Shown: positions 43,197 to 56,048 of the stretch, in pieces
Layout of the letters: each line of letters begins with the position of its first letter
Position numbering within the stretch: the stretch's first letter is position 1
DNA from: an uncultured Phycisphaerales bacterium
GTDB taxonomy: Bacteria; Planctomycetota; B15-G4
Reading direction: 5' to 3'
Length of the DNA stretch: 64,000 nucleotides
NCBI GenBank assembly: GCA_964490005.1
Contig: CAZBBB010000003.1
Coordinates: 14,128-78,127, forward strand
The notes under the pieces: generated by a model
What the model was told of the DNA's origin: nothing
Database searches by the model: none
The model's input: the letters and a program-made list of their open reading frames with translations, nothing else
Program-made: the position numbers and the translations under genes

Positions 43197-44099
43197 ATGA
43201 AGCCCCTCTCGATCCTGCTGCTGGCGTCGGCCGCCTCGCTCGTCGGCGGCGGCCTCGCCGCCGTCCTCCATGCCGACGCGCGCTCGGGCAACGGCGACGA
43301 CGCGACGGCGGCGCTGGTCCGGCTCGAGCAGCGTCTCGACGCGTTGTCGACGGAGCAGCTGGCCCTGCGGGAGTCGGTCGAGCGCCTGCGGATCTCCGAG
43401 TCCGCGGGGCGCGCGGCGCAGCCGCTCGGCCTGCATGAGATCGACGCGGCCATCGACCGCGCCCTCGCCGTGCGCTCGGAGGCGGCCGCCCTGTCGCCGG
43501 GCGGGAGCGCTCCGGCCGCGGCCGGAGCCCCGGCGCAGGAGCCGGAGGGCGGCGACCTCGACGAGCTGCTCGCGCGACTGACCGCGCCCGACATCGACGA
43601 AGAGGGTTGGCAGGCAGTCTGGGGAGAGATTCGCAAGGCCGGCCTGATGGCCGAGGCGCTGGCCTGGTTCGAGCACCGCGCCAAGCTCACTCCCTCGGAC
43701 CCCGACGTGCACGTCGCGCTCGGCGGCGCGTACATCCAGAAGATCTTCGAGGTCGGCAACGGCCCCGACGCGGGCATCTGGGCGACGAAGGCCGACCGCG
43801 CCTTCGACGCCGCGCTGGCCCTCGAGCCGGGCAACTGGGACGCGCGCTTCAGCAAGGCCGTCTCGCTCTCGTTCTGGCCGGCGCTCTTCGGCAAGCAGCC
43901 CGAGGCGATCGCGCACTTCGAGACGCTCGTGCAGGCCCAGGAGGGCCGCGCCCCCGAGCCGCGCTTCGCCCAGACCTACCTGCTGCTGGGCAACCTCTAC
44001 GCGCAGACGGGCAAGGCCGACCGCGCCCGGGAGGTCTGGGAGCGCGGGCTGCGGTACTTCCCGACCGACTCCGAGCTCATGGCGAAGTCCAAGCCGTAG
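43197..44099 (+). CDS. N-terminally anchored/secreted TPR-like protein
   Basis: ATG 43197 (GGAG 7 nt upstream), in frame with ORF 41436..44099. MKPLSILLLASAASLVGGGLAAVL.... A coiled-coil segment follows, then TPR-like helices (...HVALGGAYIQK..., ...AFDAALALEPGNWDARFSKA..., ...YLLLGNLYAQTGKADRAREVWERGLRYFP). Confidence 0.7.
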   Translation: MKPLSILLLASAASLVGGGLAAVLHADARSGNGDDATAALVRLEQRLDALSTEQLALRESVERLRISESAGRAAQPLGLHEIDAAIDRALAVRSEAAALSPGGSAPAAAGAPAQEPEGGDLDELLARLTAPDIDEEGWQAVWGEIRKAGLMAEALAWFEHRAKLTPSDPDVHVALGGAYIQKIFEVGNGPDAGIWATKADRAFDAALALEPGNWDARFSKAVSLSFWPALFGKQPEAIAHFETLVQAQEGRAPEPRFAQTYLLLGNLYAQTGKADRAREVWERGLRYFPTDSELMAKSKP

Positions 44100-44233
44100 T
44101 CGAGCGGGCAGCCCGGGGGGGCGGGCGTCGGGCGGCGTGTGGCGGGATGGTGGCACGCCTATCGGGCGCGCAGGTGCGCGGCTAGACTCGGCCGATCATC
44201 GATTGACCCCCGGTCCTCCCGCCGGCAGCTCCC

Positions 44234-45994
44234 ATGCCCATCGTCCGCGCCCGTCTGGTCCTGCCGGCACTCGCATTCGTCCTGCTCGCGACGCGGCTGT
44301 GCGCGCAGTCCGGCTTCGAGCGGATCCTTCCGGCGCAGACGCTGATGTTCGTCGGCATCGACAGCGCCGACGGCTTCGTCGAGGACTTCGAGCGGTCGGC
44401 GAGCGGCCGACTGTGGGCCGACCCGGGCATGGCCGGGGTGCGCGAGGCCTGCGCGGCGCGGCTGCACGAGCTGTCGCTCGCGATCCAGGAGGAGCTCGGC
44501 ATCGACCTGCTGCAGCTCCCGCCGATGCTGCATGGACCGGTGGCGCTCGCCTGGCTCGAGGGCCTCGACCCCGAAGGGCTGGCGGCCGGGCGCCCCGAGT
44601 TCTCGTTCGCGCTGCTCGCCGACGTCGGCGACGACCGTGAGGCCTGCGAAGAGCTCGTCGCGCGCCTGTTCGCCCGGGCGGCCGACGAGCCCGACGTGTT
44701 CGTGGCCGAACAGACCGTCGGCGGCTGCGCCTTCCGCTCGATCTCGGCGCCGCCCGCGTCGGGCCCGCGGATGGTGCTGCGTGCCGGCTTCCGCGAAAGC
44801 GTGCTCGTCGTCGTGCTCGACGTGGGAACGCCGACGACGGACCACGCCCGGCGGCTCGTCGCCGCGCTCGCCGGTCCGGCGCCCGACCCGCTCGCCGACT
44901 CCGCCTCGTGGCGCGCATCGGTGGCCTCGCGGCCCGGACGCGGCCTGCGCGTGTGGGTCGACCTGGCGCGGATCGTCGAGCGACTCACCGCCGTCGCCAC
45001 GGCGCACGACGCCGAGCAGAGCGGCGTCTGGATCCGCGGGCTGGGCCTGCCCGACCTGCGCACCTTCGCCGTGCACACGTCGCTGTCCCAGGCGGGCTCG
45101 CGCGCCGACGTGCAGCTCGCCTGGGGCGGGGACGGGTGGATCCCCCGTGTACTGCGACGCCTGCTCCGGCCGGGTGGGGCGCGTCTCGATCGGCTCGTCC
45201 CGGGCGACGTGCGCAGCGCCACCTTCGTGCATCCCGACCTGGGCGGCCTCTACGACGACGTGCTGCGCATGATCATCGAGTTCGGCGGGGCGACCCCGGC
45301 GGAGCTGGCCGAGGGCCTCGTCGAAATGGAGGAGACGCTGGGCTTCGACCCGCGCGCGGACCTGATCGACGCGCTCGGCGACGAGCTGGCGCTCGTCGTC
45401 GCGGAGGTCGATCCGGCCGAGGCCGTGCCCGGCTTGAGCGTCGAGCCCCTCAACGCGGCGGTCGTGGTCGAGCTCGACGACGCCGCCGCCTTCTCGGCGC
45501 TCGTCGACGACGTGCTGCGGCGCACGGGGCTGCACGCCGTCCGCAAACGGGGCGAGTTTCTCGGCAGCGAGATCTCCAACGTCACGGTCTTCCCGCCCTT
45601 CGCGGTCAACTTCGCGATCCTCGACGAGTTCGTCGTGGCCTCGCTCTCGCCGACGATGGTGCGCGAGGTCCTGCGCCGCGCGCACTCCGAAGGGGACGCG
45701 CTCGACGACCAGCCGGCCTTCGTCGCGCTGCGCACCGAACTCGGAGCCGACGCTGAGTTCGGGCTGCTGAGCTGGTCCGACGCCGCGGGCGACCTGAACG
45801 GAGCCATCGAGACGCTGCGGGGGCTGCCGGCGATGTTCGAAGGCACCGGGGAGCCCGTGCCCGACGTGCTCACCTGGCTCTCGCTGCTGCCGATGCCCGA
45901 CGCGGCTCTCGTCGACCGCTACTTCACCGGGGGCTCGATCGCGACGATCTCGGTCGATGCCGAGGGCGTCATGATCCGGACCATCAGCCCCTGA
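44234..45994 (+). CDS. Secreted hypothetical protein (586 aa)
   Basis: Signal peptide MPIVRARLVLPALAFVLLATRLCAQ. No motif I can assign with confidence; possibly DUF3352-like by general layout. Confidence 0.7.
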   Translation: MPIVRARLVLPALAFVLLATRLCAQSGFERILPAQTLMFVGIDSADGFVEDFERSASGRLWADPGMAGVREACAARLHELSLAIQEELGIDLLQLPPMLHGPVALAWLEGLDPEGLAAGRPEFSFALLADVGDDREACEELVARLFARAADEPDVFVAEQTVGGCAFRSISAPPASGPRMVLRAGFRESVLVVVLDVGTPTTDHARRLVAALAGPAPDPLADSASWRASVASRPGRGLRVWVDLARIVERLTAVATAHDAEQSGVWIRGLGLPDLRTFAVHTSLSQAGSRADVQLAWGGDGWIPRVLRRLLRPGGARLDRLVPGDVRSATFVHPDLGGLYDDVLRMIIEFGGATPAELAEGLVEMEETLGFDPRADLIDALGDELALVVAEVDPAEAVPGLSVEPLNAAVVVELDDAAAFSALVDDVLRRTGLHAVRKRGEFLGSEISNVTVFPPFAVNFAILDEFVVASLSPTMVREVLRRAHSEGDALDDQPAFVALRTELGADAEFGLLSWSDAAGDLNGAIETLRGLPAMFEGTGEPVPDVLTWLSLLPMPDAALVDRYFTGGSIATISVDAEGVMIRTISP

Positions 45995-46034
45995 GTGAGC
46001 CGCTGCAGGCGGGGCGCCCGCCGCGGCGCACGGA

Positions 46035-47009
<975 letters not shown>

Positions 47010-47068
47010 GCGTTGCTCCTCGTGAGGTGCCGCGGCGGACGCCCGGGGCGCCGCGGGCGGCGCATTGT

Positions 47069-47827
47069 CTAGATGACCTTGGCCTCGTGCCTCAGCAGGC
47101 GCACGAGCTCGTCGACGGCGGCGACGCCCTCGCCGACGATGCGGCCGTCGGGGCGGGCCGAGGGCAGTTCGAAGGCGCGCACTTCGACGCCGTCGGAGAT
47201 CCCGCTCGCCGCGCTCTCGTCGAGCGGCTTCTTCTTGGCCGCCATGATGCCCTTCAGGTTGGCGTAGCGCGGCTCGTTGAGGCCCTTCTGGCAGGTCAGC
47301 AGCGCGGGGAGCGGCACCTCGAGCCGCTCGGTGGTGCCGTCCTCGCCGGCGCGCTCGACGACGGCCTTGCCGTCCTCCACGGCCAGCTTGCGGATCTCGG
47401 TCACGCAGGGGACTCCGAGCGCGTAGGCCAGCAGCGTCCCGACCTGGCCCTGATCGCGGTCGATGGCCTGCTTGCCGCACAGCACGAGGTCGGGCGAGAG
47501 GCCCTTGATCGCGCCGGCGAGGGCCGCCGCCGTGGCGTGCGCGTCGCGGTGGGGCGCGTCGCCGTCCTTGATCAGCACGGCGCGATCGGCGCCCATCGCC
47601 AGGCAGGTGCGCAGTTCCTTGGTGGCCTCGGGCGGACCGAGCGAGACCACGACCACCTCGCCCGCGCCGGCCGCATCGCGCAGCTGCAGCGCGGCCTCGA
47701 TCGCGAACTCGTCGTACGGGTTGATGATCCACTCGACGGCGGAGACGTCGAGCCGGGTGCCCTCGGCCGCCACCTTGACGCGCGTGTCGGTGGCGGGCAC
47801 GCGCTTCACGCAGGCCACGATCTTCAT
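47069..47827 (-). CDS. etfB: Electron transfer flavoprotein, beta subunit
   Basis: 252 aa: MKIVACVKRVPATDTRVKV...INPYDEFAIEAALQL...VVSLGP...DLVLCGKQAIDRDQGQVG.... GGAG SD. Confidence 0.9.
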   Translation of the reverse strand: MKIVACVKRVPATDTRVKVAAEGTRLDVSAVEWIINPYDEFAIEAALQLRDAAGAGEVVVVSLGPPEATKELRTCLAMGADRAVLIKDGDAPHRDAHATAAALAGAIKGLSPDLVLCGKQAIDRDQGQVGTLLAYALGVPCVTEIRKLAVEDGKAVVERAGEDGTTERLEVPLPALLTCQKGLNEPRYANLKGIMAAKKKPLDESAASGISDGVEVRAFELPSARPDGRIVGEGVAAVDELVRLLRHEAKVI

Positions 47828-47957
47828 GACGACTCCGACGGAGGGTGTCGCGCCGGCGGCGCGGGAGCGGGTCCGCGCGCTCCGCTTCGGGCGCGCGAAA
47901 AAAGGTCGCTCATCGTAGGAAACGCCCCGCCGGGCGGCAAGGCGCGGGCGGGGCGGC

Positions 47958-48995
47958 TCAGTCCGCCGCGCCGAGCGCCGGCAGCGCGACCGGCGCGTCG
48001 ACGATGACCCGCAGGAAGGTCTCGACCACGTCGGCGGGGATGCGCACGCCGCTCTCGGCGCGCAGGGCGCCGACGGCGCGCTCGAGCGGCATCGGCGCGC
48101 GGTAGGGCCGCAGGCTGGTGATCGCCTCCCAGTAGTCGGCGACCTTGACGACCCAGGCTTCGAGCGGCACGCGGTCTCCCGCCAGCCCGTCCGGGTAGCC
48201 GCGACCGTCGAGGTTCTCGTGGTGCCAGCGGATCATCGGCCGCAGCGCCTGCATCGAGCGGATCGGCGCGATGAGTTCATCGCCCTGCACCGGGTGCCGC
48301 TTCATCACGTCGTATTCGGCGACGGTGAGCGGGCCGTTCTTGTCGAGGATCGCGTCGGGCGTGCCGATCTTGCCGATGTCGTGCAGGCGGCCGCCGAGCG
48401 CGATGAGGTCGACGCGGGCCGCGTCGAGGCCGAGGCCCTCGGCGAGCAGGCGCGACAGCTCCGAGACGCGCGACGAGTGTCGTGCCGTGTAACGGCTCTT
48501 GGTGTCGATCATGGTCGCCATCGAGACCAGGAACTGCGCGAGGTTCTCGTCGTCGGCCAGGCGCCGCTCCTCGAGCTGCTGCAGCAGCGCGGCCCGCTGC
48601 ACGAGCCGGCGGCGCTCGATCGCGCGCCGCAGCGCGGCCCGCAGCGCCTCGAAGGGGAAGGGCTTGCGCAGATAGTCGTAGGCGCCCCGCCGCAGCGCCT
48701 CGACCGCCGAATCGAGGTCGGCGTTGCCGGTCATCATGAGCACGTCGAGTTCGGGGCGCTGGCCCTTGATCTCCGCCAGCAGGTCGAGGCCGCTCTCGCC
48801 GCCCGCCAGCGAGATGTCCGACAGGACGACGAGCACCTCGCGGGACTCGAGATGCTCGCGCGCCTCGGCGATCGAGCCGGCCACCACGACCTCGAAACCC
48901 TCCTGGGCGATGAAGCGCCGGACGGCGGCGCGCACGCCCTCGTCGTCGTCGACCACGAGCACCGCCGCGGGCTCGAGCTTGTGCCATTCGCTCAA
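47958..48995 (-). CDS. Response regulator receiver + HD-GYP domain protein (c-di-GMP phosphodiesterase-like)
   Basis: 345 aa from a TTG start. REC: [11 protein letters not shown]...[10 protein letters not shown]...DVLMMTG...[13 protein letters not shown]: HSSRVSEL...[15 protein letters not shown]...[14 protein letters not shown]. Confidence 0.85.
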   Translation of the reverse strand: MSEWHKLEPAAVLVVDDDEGVRAAVRRFIAQEGFEVVVAGSIAEAREHLESREVLVVLSDISLAGGESGLDLLAEIKGQRPELDVLMMTGNADLDSAVEALRRGAYDYLRKPFPFEALRAALRRAIERRRLVQRAALLQQLEERRLADDENLAQFLVSMATMIDTKSRYTARHSSRVSELSRLLAEGLGLDAARVDLIALGGRLHDIGKIGTPDAILDKNGPLTVAEYDVMKRHPVQGDELIAPIRSMQALRPMIRWHHENLDGRGYPDGLAGDRVPLEAWVVKVADYWEAITSLRPYRAPMPLERAVGALRAESGVRIPADVVETFLRVIVDAPVALPALGAAD

Positions 48996-49771
48996 GCGTG
49001 GCTCTCGCGGACGGGTCCGTCGGACGGGCCGCGGGCGGCGCCCGTCATGCTGAACTTCTCGCCGAGGTACACGGCGCGCACCTTGGGATCGGCGGCCAGC
49101 TCCTCGGCGCTGCCGTGCCGGAAGATGGCGCCCTCGTAGATGATGTAGGCGCGGTCGGTCGTGCCGAGCGTCTCCCGCACGGCGTGATCGGTGACGAGCA
49201 CCGCGATGCCCTGCTCGCGCAGGCGCACGAGCTGTCCCTGGATGTCCTCGACGGCGATCGGATCGACGCCCGAGAAGGGCTCGTCGAGCAGGATCAGGCG
49301 GGGCTCGAGCGCCAGCGTGCGCGCCAGCTCCAGCCGACGGCGCTCGCCGCCCGAGAGCGTCACCGAGGAACTGCGCGAGACGTGCTTGAGGCCGAACTCC
49401 TCGAGCAGCCGGTCGGTGCGGCGGCGGCGCTCGGCGCGCGGGTGCCCGAGGGCCTCGAGGACGGCGAGCAGGTTCTCGCGGGTCGACATGTGCCGGAAGA
49501 TCGAGGGCTCCTGGCTCAGGTAGCCGATGCCGAGGCGCGCGCGCTGGTACATCGGGAGGCGCGTGATGTCGCGCCCGCGGAACAGCACGCGCCCCGCGTC
49601 GGGAGGCAGCATGCCGACCGCCATGCGGAAGGTGGTCGTCTTGCCCGCGCCGTTGGGGCCGAGCAGTCCCACGATCTCGCCCTCGCGGACCTCGAAGCCG
49701 ACGTCCTGCACGACCGTGCGCGTGCCGTAGCGCTTGACCAGTCCCTCGACCTTGAGCAGCGGCGTGGTCAT
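48992..49771 (-). CDS. lptB: LPS export ABC transporter ATP-binding protein
   Basis: 259 aa: ...[14 protein letters not shown]...[12 protein letters not shown]...[16 protein letters not shown]...[12 protein letters not shown].... Confidence 0.88.
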   Translation of the reverse strand: MTTPLLKVEGLVKRYGTRTVVQDVGFEVREGEIVGLLGPNGAGKTTTFRMAVGMLPPDAGRVLFRGRDITRLPMYQRARLGIGYLSQEPSIFRHMSTRENLLAVLEALGHPRAERRRRTDRLLEEFGLKHVSRSSSVTLSGGERRRLELARTLALEPRLILLDEPFSGVDPIAVEDIQGQLVRLREQGIAVLVTDHAVRETLGTTDRAYIIYEGAIFRHGSAEELAADPKVRAVYLGEKFSMTGAARGPSDGPVRESHA

Positions 49772-49778
49772 CGGGTCG

Positions 49779-51140
49779 TCAGCGGATGAGCTTCCAGCGG
49801 AACGGGTTCACGACGGGCCAGAACACGGCCATGGCCTTGCCCAGCAGGTAGCGGCGGTGGATGAAGGGCCCGGGCTCGCGATTCTCCCCCAGAACCGCCG
49901 CGGCGGGGAACGTGAATTCGTCGCCGTGCTCGTCGGCGAAGGTGATCGTGCCGTCGGGGGCGACGCGCGGGTTGTGGTCGGGCGGCACCCGGCCGAAGGC
50001 CGGCGCCGGGAACCAGAAACCGGTGATCTCGCGGTCGGCGAGCACGTAGGTATGGCGCTCCCAGTTGCGCGAATCGAGGCTGCCCTGCGTGTTGTCGCCC
50101 AGCGCGAAGTAGCTGTCGGGCGGGATGTGCCAGGTCGGGTCGGCCACGCGCGGCAGGTAGAAGATGTCGCGCTGGATGCGCAGCCGCTCGACGTCGCCGC
50201 CGCCGGGCAGCGCCAGGGCGGCCAGCGCCCGGCGGGGCTGTTCGGGGCGCGGCGGGGCGCGATCGTCGGCGCGCCTCAGCCACTCCTCGCCGTCGACGAA
50301 CAGCACCTGTTGCCGATCGACGTCCTGCACGACGATCGACGCGCCGCGCCCGGGGACGAGGCGGCGCGCGGAGGCCGGCTCGAGCGCGACGAGCGGCCCG
50401 GCGCCCTCGGGCTGGAAGGCGAGCAGCGGAGTCGCCGCGTCGGCCTCGCCGACGGGCAAGTGGAAGACGAACTCGCCCTCGTCGCTCGCCAGCCTCAGGC
50501 GCACCGCGCGGGCTCCGGCGGCCGGCGTGACGCGGCAGGCGAGGCGCAGGTCGGCCACGGCCTCGTCGCCGCCCGAAGACGGCGCGATGCCCCAGGCCGG
50601 GTCGTAGCCGTGGAGATAGTCGGCGCGGACCGTGTGCCGCAGCCGCAGCTCGCCCTCGGCCTCCGGCGCGAAGCTCGCGCGCTCGCCGGCCACGCGGATG
50701 CCCGGTCCGGCGCTGAACGCGCGGCCGATGTCGATGCCGCCGTCCGCGCCGGGCGGGAAGACGTCCTTGAGCACCGAGTCGTTCACGTGGTCGGGCTTGC
50801 GCGCGATCGCGCCGTCGATCCAGAGGTCGCCGCCGCGGATCTGCAGCGTCTCGCCGGGCAGGCCGACGATGCGCTTCACGTACAGGCGCCGCTCGTCGTG
50901 CGGGAAGCGGAAGATCATCACCTCCCAGCGCCGCGGCGCGCGCAGCATCGTGCACAGCTTGTCGGCGAGGATGCGGTCGCGGATGCCGGTGCCGGGGTCG
51001 CCCAGGATCGTCGGCTGCATGCTGCCCGAGGGGATCTGGTAGGCCTCGATCACGAAGAACTTCAGCACCAGCGCCATGGCGATGGCGATGGCGATGGCCT
51101 CGACCTGCTCGGCGATCCACAGGTCGAGCGGGCGCTTCAT
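49779..51140 (-). CDS. lepB: Signal peptidase I (with large insertion domain)
   Basis: 453 aa. Catalytic Ser box [10 protein letters not shown], Lys box [11 protein letters not shown], and [11 protein letters not shown]. About 230 aa are inserted between the Lys box and the GDN box. Confidence 0.85.
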   Translation of the reverse strand: MKRPLDLWIAEQVEAIAIAIAMALVLKFFVIEAYQIPSGSMQPTILGDPGTGIRDRILADKLCTMLRAPRRWEVMIFRFPHDERRLYVKRIVGLPGETLQIRGGDLWIDGAIARKPDHVNDSVLKDVFPPGADGGIDIGRAFSAGPGIRVAGERASFAPEAEGELRLRHTVRADYLHGYDPAWGIAPSSGGDEAVADLRLACRVTPAAGARAVRLRLASDEGEFVFHLPVGEADAATPLLAFQPEGAGPLVALEPASARRLVPGRGASIVVQDVDRQQVLFVDGEEWLRRADDRAPPRPEQPRRALAALALPGGGDVERLRIQRDIFYLPRVADPTWHIPPDSYFALGDNTQGSLDSRNWERHTYVLADREITGFWFPAPAFGRVPPDHNPRVAPDGTITFADEHGDEFTFPAAAVLGENREPGPFIHRRYLLGKAMAVFWPVVNPFRWKLIR

Positions 51141-51141
51141 C

Positions 51142-52943
<1,802 letters not shown>

Positions 52944-52947
<4 letters not shown>

Positions 52948-53558
52948 GGCGCGCGCGCTCCCGCGCCGCGCGCGGCGAGCGCCGCGCGCAGCGCCGCGAG
53001 GGCGCGGCCGCGGTGCGAGATCGCGCGCTTGGCCTCGGCCGGCAGCTCGGCGAAGGTGCGGCCGCCGGCGGCCGCGTCGTCCGGGACGAAGAGCGGGTCG
53101 TACCCGAAGCCGCCCGCGCCGCGCGGCGCGTCGGCGATCGTGCCCCCGCAGCGGCCCTCGACCTCGAGCGTCACGCGTCCGTCCTCGACCAGGCAGAGCG
53201 CGCAGTGGAAGCGCGCGCGGCGGTCGCGCGCGCCCGAGAGTTCGCGCAGCAGCCGGGCGCAGTTGGCCGCGTCGTCGGCGGCGGGGCCGGCGTAGCGGGC
53301 CGAGTGCACGCCCGGAGCCCCGCCCAGCGCCTCGACGGCCAGCCCCGAATCGTCGGCGAGGGCCGGGACGCCCGTCGCGGCGGCGTAGTGCAGGGCCTTG
53401 AGGCGCGCGTTCGCGGCGAAGCTCGCCCCGTCCTCCGCCGGCGCGCGCAGTCCGGGAAAGGCCTGCAGGCCCACGGCCTCCCAGCCGAGCGCGGCGAAGG
53501 CGGGCGCGAGTTCCGCGACCTTGCCGCGGTTGGTCGTGGCCACGAGCACGCGCCTCAC
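52944..53558 (-). CDS. rdgB: Non-canonical purine NTP pyrophosphatase (RdgB/HAM1 family)
   Basis: GTG 53558 (GTGA overlap with the rph stop), in frame with ORF 52944..54101. (M)RRVLVATTNRGKVAEL...ADDSGLAVEALGGAPGVHSARY...GFGYDPLF...ISHRGRA. Confidence 0.88.
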
Positions 53559-54280
53559 CGGGAGAGCGCCGCCTGCTGCGCGAGGCCGACCTGCGCGAGC
53601 GCCGACTGGCCGGCGTCGATGAGCGCGTGCAGGCGCTCGAGCGGGAACGACCCGCGCTCGGCGCCGCCGTTCACCTCGACGACCTCGCCCTTGCCGGTCA
53701 TGACCAGGTTGAGGTCGACCTCGGCCTGGCTGTCCTCGTAGTAGCTGAGGTCCACGTGCACGCTGCCGTCCAGCAGGCCGACGCTCACCGCGCGGACCGA
53801 GTCGGTGAGCGGCCAGGGGCCGCGCAGCCCGCCGCGCCGCTCGATGTCGGCGAGCGCCTCGTGCACCGCGACCCAGGCGCCGTTGATGGCCGCCGTGCGC
53901 GTGCCGCCGTCGGCCGCCAGCACGTCGCAGTCGACCCAGATCGTCCGCCCGGCGATCGCGCGGCGGTTCACGACGGCGCGCAACGCGCGCCCGATGAGGC
54001 GCTGGATCTCGACCGAGCGGCCGTCGACCTTGCCCGCGCGGTCGCGCGAGCGGCGCTCGCCGGTGCTCGCGGGCAGCATGGCGTACTCGGCCGTCACCCA
54101 ACCCTGGTCGCTGTTGACCAGGAAGGGGGGGACGCCGTCCTCGATCACGGCGGTGCAGAGCAGTCTCGTTCCGCCGCAGTCCACGAGGACCGAGCCCGGC
54201 ACGGCCGGCAGCCAGCCGGTGGTGAAACCGAGCGGCCGCAGCTCGTGCGGGCCGCGGCCGTCGAGACGCGCGATGGGCAT
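53555..54280 (-). CDS. rph: Ribonuclease PH
   Basis: ATG 54280, in frame with ORF 53555..54787. ...GSVLVDCGGTRLLCTA...GWVTAEYAMLPASTGER...GRSVEIQRLIGRALR...DCDVLAADGGTRTAAINGA.... Confidence 0.92.
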   Translation of the reverse strand: MPIARLDGRGPHELRPLGFTTGWLPAVPGSVLVDCGGTRLLCTAVIEDGVPPFLVNSDQGWVTAEYAMLPASTGERRSRDRAGKVDGRSVEIQRLIGRALRAVVNRRAIAGRTIWVDCDVLAADGGTRTAAINGAWVAVHEALADIERRGGLRGPWPLTDSVRAVSVGLLDGSVHVDLSYYEDSQAEVDLNLVMTGKGEVVEVNGGAERGSFPLERLHALIDAGQSALAQVGLAQQAALSR

Positions 54281-54345
54281 GGGGCGACCGAGTATACGGA
54301 GGTCGGTGCCTCCCTCGCAGGGCGGCAACCGGGCCGCCCCGGCGA

Positions 54346-55116
54346 TCAGGGCTCGCGCACGCTCTCGAGTTCGACCGTCTCGCCCCGCAGCAGGCGCCCG
54401 TCCTCGAGCAGCAGGTCGCCCTCGCCCGTGACGCGGGCGATGCGGCCGCTCCAGGGCACGCCCGCGGCCCTGAGCGTCGCGTGTCGACCGTCCAGCCAAG
54501 AGCGGCGGCAATACTCGCTCCGCCACGCGCCGTCGTCCCCGTTCGCCGACGCGGCGAAGGCCGCCCCGAGTTCGGCCAGGAGCGCGCGGCACAGCGCGTC
54601 GCGATCTGCGGGTCCCAGGCCGATTCCGTCCGCCCGCGCCGCCACCTCCGCCGGCAGGTCGCCGGCGCGCAGCTCGAGGTTGATGCCGATGCCGATCACC
54701 AGCAGGGCCTCGCCGTCCGGCCGGACGGCGCTCTCGATGAGCAGTCCGCCGACCTTGCGGCCGGCACGCATCAGGTCGTTGGGCCACTTGATGGCGAGGC
54801 TGCCGCCGCCGCCGGACTCGACGGCGCGCGCCGCCGCGACGGCCGCCAGGATCGCCGCCGTGCCGGGCCGCGGCCCGGGCGGCGGGCGCAGCACGACGCT
54901 CAGCGTCAGAGCGCGGCCGGCGGGGGCGAACCAGCGGCGGCCGCGCCGTCCGCGCCCGGCGGTCTGCACGTCGGCCAGCACCGCGTCTCCCGCGCCCAGC
55001 GCACCCGCCTCGACGCCGTCACGCGCATGCGAACTGGTCGACGCCAGCTCGGGATACACGAGGACGCGGTGCCCCGACCAGGCGCGGACGAGCGGCTCCG
55101 TCATGGCGCGGAGCAT
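54346..55116 (-). CDS. birA: Biotin--[acetyl-CoA-carboxylase] ligase (group I, no N-terminal HTH)
   Basis: 256 aa: ...ELASTSSHA...QTAGRGRRGRRW...AIKWPNDLM..GRKVGGLLIES.... Confidence 0.88.
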   Translation of the reverse strand: MLRAMTEPLVRAWSGHRVLVYPELASTSSHARDGVEAGALGAGDAVLADVQTAGRGRRGRRWFAPAGRALTLSVVLRPPPGPRPGTAAILAAVAAARAVESGGGGSLAIKWPNDLMRAGRKVGGLLIESAVRPDGEALLVIGIGINLELRAGDLPAEVAARADGIGLGPADRDALCRALLAELGAAFAASANGDDGAWRSEYCRRSWLDGRHATLRAAGVPWSGRIARVTGEGDLLLEDGRLLRGETVELESVREP

Positions 55117-55130
55117 ACGTCCCGCCCGGC

Positions 55131-56048
55131 CTACATCGAGAGCGACTCGTGACTGTCGGCCAGGTGCGACTTGAGCTTCTTCATCACGTTGCTGTGGATC
55201 TGGCAGACGCGCGACTCGGTGAGCCGCAGCACGCCGCCGATCTGCTTCATCGTGAGACCGTCGCGGTAGTACATCAGGATGATCTGCTTCTCCTTGCGGT
55301 TCAGCGAACGGATGATCGTCCGCATGACGTCGTCCTGGTTGAGCAGTTCGGCCGGGTCCGGCGAACGCTCGTCGCGCAGGAAGTCGATCTTCTCGACGGC
55401 CTGCTCGCCGGTGCCGTCATCCCAGGTCTCGGAGAGCGAGCGCACCTGGTGGGGCCGGGCCTCCTCCGTGAGCGAGGCGTACTCCGCCAGGGCCACGCCG
55501 AGCTCGCCCGCCATCTCGGCGTGCGTGGGGGCGCGCCCGTGGCGCGCCTCGAGCGCCGACTGGGCGCGGGCGAGCTGGTGGGCCTTGAGGCGCACCAGGC
55601 GCGGCACCCAGTCCTGGCTGCGCAACTCGTCGAGGATCGCGCCCCGGATGCGGTTGCCGCAGTACGTCTTGAACTTGATGCCGCGGTCGATGTCGAAGCC
55701 GTCGATCGCGTCCATCAGGCCGAAGGTGCCGGCGCTCTTGAGGTCCTCGACGTCGATGCTGCGGGGCAGCGTGAGCAGCAGCCGCTCGGCGATGAAGGTC
55801 ACGACGGGCAGGTAGATCTCGAGCAGCGCGTTGCGCAGCGCCGGATCGTGCGAATCGAAGTACGAGCGCCAGAGCTGCTCGTGCGGTCCCCCGATCTCGC
55901 CGCGCGCGGCACCCGCGGCGACCGGCGGCGGGGTCTTGCGCTCGTCCTGCGCGGCGCTGCGGCCGGCGCGTCGCGAGCGCGCCTCCCCGGCCTTGTCGTT
56001 CCTCGTGCGACCGCGCGAATGCTTCGGGGCGGACTTCGTGACGTCCAT
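55131..56048 (-). CDS. RNA polymerase sigma factor, FliA/WhiG (sigma-28) family, with basic N-terminal extension
   Basis: 305 aa: ...YLPVVTFIAERL...DLKSAGTFGLMDAIDGFD...FKTYCGNRIRGAILDELRSQDWVPR...EKQIILMYYRDGLTMKQIGGVLRLTESRVCQIHSNVMKKL. The first ~55 aa are Lys/Arg-rich. Confidence 0.85.
   Translation of the reverse strand: MDVTKSAPKHSRGRTRNDKAGEARSRRAGRSAAQDERKTPPPVAAGAARGEIGGPHEQLWRSYFDSHDPALRNALLEIYLPVVTFIAERLLLTLPRSIDVEDLKSAGTFGLMDAIDGFDIDRGIKFKTYCGNRIRGAILDELRSQDWVPRLVRLKAHQLARAQSALEARHGRAPTHAEMAGELGVALAEYASLTEEARPHQVRSLSETWDDGTGEQAVEKIDFLRDERSPDPAELLNQDDVMRTIIRSLNRKEKQIILMYYRDGLTMKQIGGVLRLTESRVCQIHSNVMKKLKSHLADSHESLSM

Noticed and set aside
47868-47905. GC hairpin cgcgcgc...gcgcgcg followed by A6 on the plus strand (T6 precedes it on the minus strand)
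   Set aside because: All flanking genes are on the minus strand, where the U-run would precede rather than follow the stem, so it is not a canonical intrinsic terminator. A better minus-strand candidate is gccccgcc...ggcggggc-gtttcc at ~47910-47945.
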